DNA of 64,000 nucleotides from positions 192,664-256,663 of the forward strand of contig NIVC01001632.1 in NCBI GenBank assembly GCA_002269645.1, given 5' to 3'. The notes under the pieces were generated by a model that searched no databases, was not told where the DNA came from, and worked only from the letters and a program-made list of their open reading frames with translations. Position numbers and translations under genes: made by a program. Shown here one piece after another: positions 1 through 18,521 of this stretch. Position 1 is the stretch's first letter, and the number at the start of each line of letters is the position of its first letter. This stretch comes from Macrostomum lignano (Eukaryota).

Positions 1-1165
1 GATTTGGGATCTGGGATCTAGGATTCGGGATCTGGGATCTGGGATTCGGGATCTGGGATCTAGGATTCGGGATCTGGGATCTAGGATTCGGGATCGGCGA
101 TCGAGGATTTGGGATCTGGGATCTAGGATTCGGGATCAGGGATCTAGGATTCGGGATCTGGGATCTAGGATTCGAGATCGACGATCGAAGATTTGGGATC
201 TGGGAATCTAGGATTCGGGATCTGGGATCTAGGATTCGGGATCTGGTATCTAGGATTCGGGATCTGGTATCTAGGATCTTTGATCTAGGATTTGGGATCT
301 GGGATCTGGAATCCGGGATCTAGGATTCGGGATCTGGTATCTAGGATTCGGGATCTGGTATCTAGGATTCGGGATCTGGTATCTAGGATCTTTGATCTAG
401 GATTTGGGATCTGGGATCTGGAATCCGGGATCTAGAATTCGGGATCTGGGATCAAGGATTCGGGATCTGGGATCTAGGATTCGGGATCTGGGATCTAGGA
501 TTCGGGATCTGGGATCTAGGATTCGGGATCTGGGATCTGGGATTCGGGATCTGGGATCTAGGATTCGGGATCTGGGATCTAGGATTCGGGATCGGCGATC
601 GAGGATTCAGGATCTGGAATCTAGGATTCGGGATCTGGGATCAGGGATCTAGGATTCGGGATCTGGGATCTAGGATTCGGGATCGGCGATCGAGGATTCG
701 GGATCTGGAATCTAGGATTCGGGATCTGGGATCTAGGATTCGGGATCCGCGATCTAGGATTCGGGATCTGCGATCTAGGATTCAAGATCTGGGATCTAGG
801 ATTCGGGATCTGGAATCTAGGATTAGGGATCTGGGATCTAGGATTCAGGATCTGGGATCTAGGATTCGGGATCTTCGATCTAAGATTCAAGATCTGGGAT
901 CCAATATTTGTAATCGGGATCTTTGATTCGGGATCTGGGATCTAGGATTTGGGATCTGGGATCTAAGATTCGGGATCTGGTATCTAGTATTCAGAATCTG
1001 GGATCTGGAATCCGGGATCTAGGATTCGGGATCTGGGATTCGGGATCAGGAATCTAGGAATTAGGATCTGGGATTTTTGATTGTGTTTTACTAGTTCTAG
1101 GATCTATAGAATTTGGGATCACAAGGATCTGGAATCTATAGGATCTGGGATCTGCAGGATCTAAG
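1..1165. repeat. GGGATCT / GGGATCTAGGATTC satellite array (runs off the window start)
   Basis: Degenerate 7/14-bp units are directly visible; ORFs 404..652 and 621..890 are translations of the repeat. Confidence 0.97.
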
Positions 1166-1764
1166 ATATGCGGATCCGGAACTCGTGTGACTGAGCATAA
1201 ACAGCTTCTATGGGAGAATGGTTGGATTATTGGCTTTAGTTTTTCAACTCATCAATCAATCAATCATTTTATCAATCAAGAATATGGCCTGATCCTGGGA
1301 AAAAGAGAAGAGAGTCTGTTTGATTGCAGCAGATCAGCGGCAGACTTCGAACTACCCTCAGGGAGGTCGGCATGTTTGCTCAGAGCTGCTGTACAAACTG
1401 GCGCTGGGGAGTGGGGTGGGTGGGGGGTAAAAGTGGTCAGCTCTGATATTGATTTTATCCGCAGTTGGCGGTCTCCCAACACTGGGGATCCAAGTTGGTC
1501 TCACGAGACAGCCAGTAGCGCAAGGAAATCTGATCGCTACTGCGGTTGGTTTGGTGGCGCGGTTGTCGCCATTGTTTTCCTCACAGGGGAAGTGCGGCAA
1601 GAAGCGGTTTGGGGAGGGGAAACAGCAGACAATAATGGAAAAGAGCAGCTCATGCAATCGCCTCCTAGCAGGCGAGTACTTCGAGCCTGAGTTTAGGAGA
1701 CGTTCAAGTTGGGCAGGCAGCAATTTAACCTTTTCAGAAACAGCAATAAGAGTTGCAGCTAAGC

Positions 1765-2690
1765 TGCTGCAGACACAGAGACACCAGGCTAAGCTACCGA
1801 TACAGCTACAGACACTGCTACAGACACAGCTACAGACACAGCTACAGATACAGCTACAGGCACAGCTACAGGCACAGAGACACCAGGCTAAGCTACCGAT
1901 ACAGCTACAGACACTGCTACAGACACAGCTACAGACACAGCTACAGATACAGCTACAGGCACAGCTACAGGCACAGCTACAGACACAGTTACAGGCACAT
2001 TTAAAGACAGCTACAGATACAGCTACAGACACAGCTACAGACATATTTTAAGACACAGCTACCGACACAGCTACAGATACAGCTACAGACACGGCTACAG
2101 AGAGTCAGACACAGCTACAGAGAGATACAGACACAGCTACAGAGAGATACAGACACAGCTACAGAGAGATACAGACACAGCTACAGAGAGATACAGACAC
2201 AGCTACAGAGAGATACAGACACAGCTACAGAGAGATACAGACACAGCTACAGAGAGATACAAACACACCTACATAACACAGACGACGTTAACAGACGACG
2301 TTACAGGCACTGCTACAGCTGCAGACACAGGCACAGCTACAGGCACAGCTACAGCTACAGGCACAGCTACAGCTACAGGCACAGCTACAGCTACAGGCAC
2401 AGCTACAGCTACAGACACAGGCACAGCTACAGACACAGGCACAGCTACAGGCACAGCTACAGCTACAGACACAGGCACAGCTACAGACACAGGCACAGCT
2501 ACAGGCACAGCTACAGCTACAGGCACAGCTACAGCTACAGGCACAGCTACAGCTACAGACACAGGCACAGCTACAGACACAGGCACAGCTACAGGCACAG
2601 CTACAGCTACAGGCACAGCTACAGCTACAGACACAGGCACAGCTACAGCTACAGCTACAGCTACAGGCACAGCTACAGCTACAGGCACTG
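1765..2690. repeat. ACAGCT / ACAGAC / ACAGGC-based compound minisatellite
   Basis: 6-, 12- and 18-24-bp periodicity; it ends at the AACAG acceptor (2695) of the EF-hand exon. Confidence 0.95.
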
Positions 2691-2716
2691 AACAGGTTGA
2701 CTCCAAGCGCCCAGCG

Positions 2717-10327
<7,611 letters not shown>

Positions 10328-10394
10328 CCTGCAGGAAAGGAGCGAAAAGTGCCGATACAAGAGCAGACGACGCTCAGCATTGTTAATCGACTGT

Positions 10395-10570
10395 CCTCCC
10401 TGTCACTCCACTGCCTCCCCGGTCACTCCACTGTCTTCCTGTCCCTCCACTGTCTTCCCTGTCACTCCACTGTCTTCCCTGTCACTCCACTGTCTTCCCT
10501 GTCACTTAACTGCCTTCCCTGTCACTCCACTGTGTTCCCTGTCACTCCACTGCCTTCCCTATCACTCCAG
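10395..10570. repeat. 20-bp CTGTCTTCCCTGTCACTCCA array in the 3' UTR
   Basis: About 8 copies between the stop codon and AATAAA. Confidence 0.9.
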
Positions 10571-10575
10571 TGTAC

Positions 10576-10581
10576 AATAAA
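10576..10581 (+). terminator. Candidate polyadenylation signal of the large Rab gene
   Basis: AATAAA about 250 nt after the stop codon. Confidence 0.5.
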
Positions 10582-11269
10582 ATAATTTTAGCTACATGCA
10601 GCTACTGAACTCAAAGCGCCCAGCATATTTCTAAAACTCGTGAAACTACATGTACCTAGCAACCGCAGTGTAGACACGGAAGGTTTTCTAGAAGCCAGTT
10701 ACTATACTCATCATTCATCATAGTTGAAGCTGTGCATTTTAACAGTTATATTGCTCACCTTCATCCGCGAATTAATAGCATAACTATCCCGTATAGTTAA
10801 TACTAAGAATCCGAAACATGTTATGTTGTGTATTCCACTAAGTGTCTGTGATGTACAAGGCAGCCATGCATATTTTTTCTTGAGTTTTATTTTCTCATCA
10901 CGAGAAGCTAATACCCAAATATCGAGCTTTTACTTAACACTGCGTACTACTAACAGTAGCATAATTAAACTACTGTACTCAATAAGTGCTTTATCGAACT
11001 ATTTACAGACTAAATATTATTATATTTTTCCAAACGCGACAGTGTCGCAGAAAAATAAACTAAATTGAAAGAAAAAAACTTGAAAAACGTTCTTGCGTGT
11101 ATATCTGTTTCATGACAGAATTTATAGATGGGTTCGTAGATAATATATTAATAAAGCCAAGTATTCACTTTCCCGTGTTTGTTTACATTAGCATTGATAA
11201 GTGCATGCATGGAATATTGTATTGACACATTGCTCCGCTTATGCATGGAGATTCACTCAAACACTGCAT

Positions 11270-12600
11270 AGACCATATTGGGCTAGTCTAGGTCATATAT
11301 GGGTAGCCTGGGTCATATTGGGGTAGTCTGGGTCATATATGGGTAGCCTGGGTCATATTGGGGTAGTCTGGGTCATATTGGGCTAGTCTAGGTCATATAT
11401 GGGTAGCCTGGGTCATATTGGGGTAGTCTGGGTCATATATGGGCAGCCTGGGTCATATTGGGGTAGCCTGGGTCATATTGAGGTAGTCTGGGTCATATAT
11501 GGGCAGCCTGGGTCATATTGGGGTAGCCTGGGTCATATTGAGGTAGTCTGGGTCATATATGGGTAGCCTGGGTCATATTGGGGTAGTCTGGGTCATATAT
11601 GGGTAGCCTGGGTCATATTGGGGTAGCCTGGGTCATATTGAGGTAGTCTGGGTCATATATGGGTAGCCTGGGTCATATTGGGGTAGTCTGGGTCATATAT
11701 GGGTAGCCTGGGTCATATTGGGGTAGCCTGGGTCATATTGAGGTAGTCTGGGTCATATATGGGTAGCCTGGGTCATATTGGGGTAGTCTGGGTCATATTG
11801 GGGTAGTCTGTGTCATATTGGGGTAGTCTGGGTCATATATGGGTAGCCTGGGTCATATTGGGGTAGTCTGGGTCATACACTATTGGGGTAGTCTGTGTCA
11901 TATTGGGGTAATCTGGGTCATATTTCGATAGTATGAGTCATACTGAGTTAGTCTAGGTCATATTGAAGTAGTCTAGGTCATATTGGGCTAGTCTGGGTCA
12001 TATTGGGCTAGTCTGGGTCATATTGGGGTAGTCTGGGTCATATTGGGATAATCTGGGTCATATTGAAGCAGTCTATGTCATATTGGGCTAGTCTGGGTCA
12101 TATTGGGCTAGTCTGGGTCATATTGAAGCAGTCTAGGTCATATTGGGCTAGTCTGGGTCATATTGAAGCAGTCTAGGTCATATTGGGCTAGTCTGGGTCA
12201 TATTGGGCTAGTCTGGGTCATATTGGGCTAGTCTGGGTCATATTGAAGCAGTCTAGGTTATATGGGTTAGTCTGGGTCATATGGGGTTAGTCTGGGTCAT
12301 ATGGGTTAGTCCGGGTCATATGGGTTAGTCTGGATCATATGGGTTAGTCTGGGTCATATTGGGCTAGTCTGGGTCATATTGGGCTAGTCTGGGTCATATT
12401 GGGCTAGTCTGGGTCATATTGGGCTAGTCTGGGTCATATTTGGCTAGTCTGGGTCATATTGGGATAGTCTGGGTCATATTGGGGTAGTCTGGGTCATATT
12501 GGGGTAGTCTGGGTCATATTGGGCTAGTCTGGGTCACATGGGCTAGTCTGGGTCATATTGGGCTAGTCTGGGTCATATCGGGCTAGTCTGGGTCATATGG
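11270..12600. repeat. 20-bp GGGTCATATTGGGGTAGTCT minisatellite
   Basis: About 65 copies with higher-order variant blocks. Confidence 0.97.
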
Positions 12601-13384
12601 GTTATTACTAACACAGATCTACATGCAGGTCAAAACAGGTGTTACAGTCTGTACTTGACCACTAAATTAACAAACGAACAGAACCCCCTGCCCAGCGACA
12701 AGCTGTCAGAAGTTTCATAATCAAGTCAGACAAGTAGTGATGAAGATAAAAAAGTCAAATAAAACAATTGGCTGCACCTGGCTGGGAATGTACTTTCTGT
12801 CGAAAATGACAAGTCTTACCATACGCTAATAAAAATTTAGAAGCACAATTAAAAACCGAATGTAAAAATATACACAGTACACACTGGTGCACAATACAGT
12901 GCAGCTATTTACACCAGTGAATGGAAATTGAATTCTTAAACACGTTCAATTGAACAACAACAATTTTAAAGTACACCACGCACTTAACAGGAACTGCACG
13001 GGTAAAGCTAATGGAAAAAATTAGGCATTATTAATAAACATTACCAATAGGTAAAAATAGTAAGAATGGCATTCACACACAGAGATTCACAGATAACCAC
13101 TGAGATTCACGCTTATGCATGGAGATTCACTCAAACACGCATACACAAAAATCCAATAATAATGGCATTCTTTCATTTCTCGAGTATCAATACGATATAC
13201 TAAAACGGACAAAATAATAGAAAAAAAATGTGTAATAAAACATTCGCGTGGTCTAGCAAGGTTGAAGCTGTTTTGTGAAAAAAAACCTGCATTTGTTACA
13301 ATATGCTGTTTTGCTCGTAAAACTAATTAACAAATACATAAAAGCACAAACTGTACTTAATAATATGCTCACTCGCAAGTCATC

Positions 13385-13660
13385 TAAGGTCGTACACACC
13401 CGATGAGTCACTCGCGTCGCCCCAGAGTCGTCGCGGGTTACACAGGTAAAAAAGGAAAGAAGTGACTCTAGACGGCTCTACTAAAACGGCGAGATGTCGC
13501 GGTACAAGTCGCCATAAAGTCGTCAAAGAGTCGCCTAAGAGTCAATTTGAAGCGTTTTATTGTCTGCAACTCAGAAACGACTCTGGGGCGACGCAAGTGA
13601 CTCTGGGGCGACGCGTGACTCTGGGGCTGCAGAGTCGCTGTAGAGTCACTGAGTTGCATC
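13385..13660. mobile_element. Probable truncated MITE with internal inverted repeats
   Basis: GTCACTCGCGTCGCCCCAGAGTCG (13407-13430) pairs with CGACTCTGGGGCGACGCAAGTGAC (13578-13601) with 1 mismatch, and further tandem copies follow. The left end reads TAAGGTCGTACACAC. Confidence 0.5.
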
Positions 13661-13665
13661 TGAGT

Positions 13666-15765
13666 GCCAATCAAATCTCCAATCCCACCTGCCAATCAAA
13701 TCTCCAATCCCCACCTGCCAATCAAATCTCCAATCCCCACCTGCCAATCAAATCTCCAATCCCCACCTGCCAATCAAATCTCCAATCCCACCTGCCAATC
13801 AAATCTCCAATCCTACCTGCCAATCAAATCTCCAATCCCCACCTGCCAATCAAATCTCCAATCCTACCTGCCAATCAAATCTCCAATCCCCACCTGCCAA
13901 TCAAATCTCCAATCCTACCTGCCAATCAAATCTCCAATCCCACCTGCCAATCAAATCTCCAATCCTACCTGCCAATCAAATCTCCAATCCCCACCTGCCA
14001 ATCAAATCTCCAATCCTACCTGCCAATCAAATCTCCAATCCCCACCTGCCAATCAAATCTCCAATCCTACCTGCCAATCAAATCTCCAATCCCCACCTGC
14101 CAATCAAATCTCCAATCCCACCTGCCAATCAAATCTCCAATCCCCACCTGCCAATCAAATCTCCAATCCCACCTGCCAATCAAATCTCCAATCCCCACCT
14201 GCCAATCAAATCTCCAATCCCCACCTGCCAATCAAATCTCCAATCCCACCTGCCAATCAAATCTCCAATCCTACCTGCCAATCAAATCTCCAATCCCCAC
14301 CTGCCAATCAAATCTCCAATCCCACCTGCCAATCAAATCTCCAATCCCACCTGCCAATCAAATCTCCAATCCCACCTGCCAATCAAATCTCCAATCCCCA
14401 CCTGCCAATCAAATCTCCAATCCCCACCTGCCAATCAAATCTCCAATCCCCACCTGCCAATCAAATCTCCAATCCTACCTGCCAATCAAATCTCCAATCC
14501 CCACCTGCCAATCAAATCTCCAATCCCCACCTGCCAATCAAATCTCCAATCCCCACCTGCCAATCAAATCTCCAATCCCCACCTGCCAATCAAATCTCCA
14601 ATCCCCACCTGCCAATCAAATCTCCAATCAAATCTCCAATCCCCACCTGCCAATCAAATCTCCAATCCCCACCTGCCAATCAAATCTCCAATCCCCACCT
14701 GCCAATCAAATCTCCAATCCCCACCTGCCAATCAAATCTCCAATCAAATCTCCAATCCCCACCTGCCAATCAAATCTCCAATCCCCACCTGCCAATCAAA
14801 TCTCCAATCCCCACCTGCCAATCAAAGCTCCAATAAAATCTCCAATCAAATCTCCAATCCCCACCTGCCAATCAAATCTCCAATCCCCACCTGCCAATCA
14901 AATCTCCAATCCCACCTGCCAATCAAATCTCCAATCCCCACCTGCCAATCAAATCTCCAATCCCACATGCCAATCAAATCTCCAATCCCCACCTGCCAAT
15001 CAAATCTCCAATCCCCACCTGCCAATCAAAGCTCCAATAAAATCTCCAATCAAATCTCCAATCCCCACCTGCCAATCAAATCTCCAATCCCCACCTGCCA
15101 ATCAAATCTCCAATCCCACCTGCCAATCAAATCTCCAATCCCACCTGCCAATCAAATCTCCAATCCCCACCTGCCAATCAAATCTCCAATCCCCACCTGC
15201 CAATCAAATCTCCAATCCCCACCTGCCAATCAAATCTCCAATCCTACCTGCCAATCAAATCTCCAATCCCCACCTGCCAATCAAATCTCCAATCCCCACC
15301 TGCCAATCAAATCTCCAATCCCCACCTGCCAATCAAATCTCCAATCCTACCTGCCAATCAAATCTCCAATCCCCACCTGCCAATCAAATCTCCAATCCCC
15401 ACCTGCCAATCAAATCTCCAATCCCCACCTGCCAATCAAATCTCCAATCCCCACCTGCCAATCAAATCTCCAATCAAATCTCCAATCCCCACCTGCCAAT
15501 CAAATCTCCAATCCCCACCTGCCAATCAAAGCTCCAATCCCACCTGCCAATCAAATCTCCAATCCCCACCTGCCAATCGAATCTCCAATCCCCACCTGCC
15601 AATCAAAGCTCCAATAAAATCTCCAATCAAATCTCCAATCCCCACCTGCCAATCAAATCTCCAATCCCCACCTGCCAATCAAATCTCCAATCCCACCTGC
15701 CAATCAAATCTCTAATCCCACCTGCCAATCAAATCTCCAATCCCACCTGCCAATCAAAGCTTCAA
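13666..15765. repeat. 25/26-bp CCAATCAAATCTCCAATCCCCACCTG minisatellite
   Basis: About 80 copies; ORFs 13462..15780, 13664..14836 and 14967..15617 are artefacts. Confidence 0.98.
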
Positions 15766-15908
15766 TCCATAAGGCCATAACCTTTGTTCGTATGTTATAC
15801 AACTCAATTTAAGGGTTACACTAAACCTGGTAGCCTAATTAATGTTTATATAAGTTAAATCACGCCAGAAGTATAGTCAATTAATTTCTTAGACACCTGC
15901 GCAGCTCT

Positions 15909-16424
15909 CTACGCAATCCGAGCCAGAAGCAGATGGGCAGCCAATCCAGCAGCAATGCTAGCAGCAAGCCAGGACCGACTAATTCCATCAGCCGAGTTGC
16001 AGCCAGGGCCCACGCAGTAGCAAATCTCCTTGGTGGTGCCGGCTCCGTACATTGTGTGGCAGCCGGTGCCCATGCCAGGCGGTATCTCGGCGCAGTCCCG
16101 GGTAACCACTGTGGCAATCAGTGTGGCCGCCTCCCTCATGCCACCGCCCTGCTTGTCAATGTGATAGCGCCAGGCCTTAGTTGTCATCTTCACGCACCCG
16201 TTCAGGTCTCTATTCCTGCACTTGGTGTGCCGGTTGCCAGTGAGGGATAAGCTAGCGTTGCAGAAGCGCTCGGCTAGGGAGGCGTCTTTAGAATTGCGGC
16301 TATTCAATTCGAAATAATTGTCGCAGATGACGCAATCGGCGACGGCGAGGCTGGGCAACGGGCACTGGGCGACCAGTAGGGCGATGAATAGCGGGATCGC
16401 CAGGCTGGCACTGGGCAGTGGCAT
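15909..16424 (-). CDS. Intronless Ly6/uPAR three-finger GPI-anchored protein (quiver-like family), 171 aa
   Basis: Signal peptide MPLPSASLAIPLFIALLVAQ; 10-Cys pattern CVIC...C...C...GCVK...RDC...GC...CYC...CN; small-residue omega site NSADG and a hydrophobic tail. An alternative in-frame ATG is at 16451. Confidence 0.9.
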   Translation of the reverse strand: MPLPSASLAIPLFIALLVAQCPLPSLAVADCVICDNYFELNSRNSKDASLAERFCNASLSLTGNRHTKCRNRDLNGCVKMTTKAWRYHIDKQGGGMREAATLIATVVTRDCAEIPPGMGTGCHTMYGAGTTKEICYCVGPGCNSADGISRSWLAASIAAGLAAHLLLARIA

Positions 16425-16519
16425 CTTTGCTTTGCTGTGCGTCATGCACACGAGTGATTGTGTATGTGAGTGCGTGTCTAATAGCGACTGTTGCGCTGGT
16501 GTATGCCGGATATCATGTT

Positions 16520-17150
16520 AGGTTTAGCATCAGGGGGCGCTTACTTTAGCATCAGGGGTGCCTACTCTAATATCAATTTTAGCATTAGGGACGCCTACTT
16601 TAGTATCAATTTTAGCATCAAGGGTGCCTACTTCACTATCACTTTTAGCATCAAGGGTGCCTACTTCACTATCACTTTTAGCATCAAGGGTGCCTACTTC
16701 ACTATCACTTTTAGCATCAAGGGTGCCTACTTCACTATCACTTTTAGCATCAAGGGTGCCTACTTCACTATCACTTTTAGCATCAAGGGTGCCTACTTCA
16801 CTATCACTTTTAGCATCAAGGGTGCCTACTTCACTATCACTTTTAGCATCAAGGGTGCCTACTTCACTATCACTTTTAGCATCAAGGGTGCCTACTTCAC
16901 TATCACTTTTAGCATCAAGGGTGCCTACTTCACTATCACTTTTAGCATCAAGGGTGCCTACTTCACTATCACTTTTAGCATCAAGGGTGCCTACTTCACT
17001 ATCACTTTTAGCATCAAGGGTGCCTACTTCACTATCACTTTTAGCATCAAGGGTGCCTACTTCACTATCACTTTTAGCATCAAGGGTGCCTACTTCACTA
17101 TCACTTTTAGCATCAAGGGTGCCTACTTCACTATCACTTTTAGTATCAAA
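16520..17150. repeat. 33-bp AGCATCAAGGGTGCCTACTTCACTATCACTTTT minisatellite
   Basis: About 16 perfect copies plus a degenerate lead-in; ORFs 16491..17198 and 16558..17307 are artefacts. Confidence 0.97.
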
Positions 17151-17904
17151 GTGCAGAAACTTAGTTTTTTATATTCTACGCGAAGTTACTTTGACTGAGT
17201 TTAATCTAAATCGCAGTGTCACTGTTAATATATCTGTTAGACTAGGCGCATATTTAAGCATCATAAATTTGCTCAGCTACAACGCTTTAGACTGCTTGTG
17301 CAAGTGAAACTTTAAGTCAGTGATTTAGAGAGCCGTAGGGCACGCCAAGGATAGCACTGTGTGACTGACTGACCACAGAAGGGAGTTCAATCGTTTTTGA
17401 CCCCCCCCCCTTTCATTTTTGCCCAATGGCCGAACGAGAGAGATGGATAGAGAGTAGCAATAGTCAAATAGAAAGCGAGAGAAAAGACAAAAAGAAACAG
17501 GGCCGGAGAGGAGAAGTCGAAAAATGAGCAGCGACCCCACTTCAGACTGCTGCGAAGCATTCAATCATCCCGACTGAAGAGACGGAAGCAGCGGCGGCAA
17601 GGCGGGGAACTAATAATATAAAGCCGCTAAGGAAGAAAAGGAAAGCACGGGAAAAAGAGGCTGCAAAAGAAGCAGAGATCCTGACAGAAACGGCCACCTG
17701 AACGCAGCTGTGTGAGTTCAATTACTATTTCACTGCATCTAGTTGCCACCCGCTCTAATATATCCATCACCTTGGTCCGGTCGCAGGTGAACCGGTTCGC
17801 TAAGACTCTGAAACGAGGATATTAACTGTGACGATCATGAGTGCCCGGCTGATAGGTAAAAGTGACTGATGACTAAGCAGTTCTGGCAATACACTACTAG
17901 TACG

Positions 17905-18205
17905 TAGGTGAGGTGGGTGCAGGAATGGGGTGTGCTTTAGGGCAGGGAGTGAGGTGGGTGCAATAATGGGGTGTGCTTTACGGCAGGGAGTGAGGTGGGT
18001 GCAGGAATGGGGTGTGCTTTAGGGCAGGGAGTGAGGTGGGTGCAGGAATGGGGTGTGCTTTAGGGCAGGGAGTGAGGTGGGTGCAAGAATGGGGTGTGCT
18101 TTATGGCAGGGAGTGAGGTGGGTGCAGGAACGGGTGTGCTTTAAGGCAGGGAGTGAGGTGGGTGCAGGAATGGGGTGCGCTTTATGGCAGGGAGTGAGGT
18201 GAGGT
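17905..18205. repeat. About 41-bp G-rich array GGGCAGGGAGTGAGGTGGGTGCAGGAATGGGGTGTGCTTTA
   Basis: About 7 copies. Confidence 0.93.
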
Positions 18206-18521
18206 AGAAAAGTCCTCCCAACAACCAACTAAGAATGAAAAAGAGCAACAAGAAAAACATGGGAGATAAGCGAGCATTATTGCAGACAGGGGCGCGCCCA
18301 GACAAGCAGTGAATATAAATAGATAGAGACAGCAAGCGAGAGATGTTCAATAAAGATTTAGCCGCTAGACCCGTGAAATTGAGTTTCCGCTAAGATGCGT
18401 CGACTCTGCACCCAGGGCTAACAAAGTTTCCCATATAGGGGCGAGATTTCGCTAAGCTTTGTGACAAACTAAACTTAGCCCCAAAAGCAGATACAGACTT
18501 TTAGTTTTGTATTATTCTCAG

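Noticed and set aside
404-890. ORFs with (SRIRDLG)n
   Set aside because: Translations of the GGGATCT satellite; no unique sequence or splice context.
1187-2051. Overlapping ORFs 1187..1690, 1358..2044, 1449..2051 (MEKSSSCNRLLAGEYFEPEFRRRSSW...)
   Set aside because: No recognisable domain, they run into the ACAGCT array, and I found no good phase-0 donor to join exon 2696. This may be 5' UTR or an upstream exon of the Rab gene, but I cannot support it.
13462-15780. 772-aa ORF, the longest in the track
   Set aside because: Almost entirely the 25/26-bp minisatellite; it stays open only because the unit lacks stop codons.
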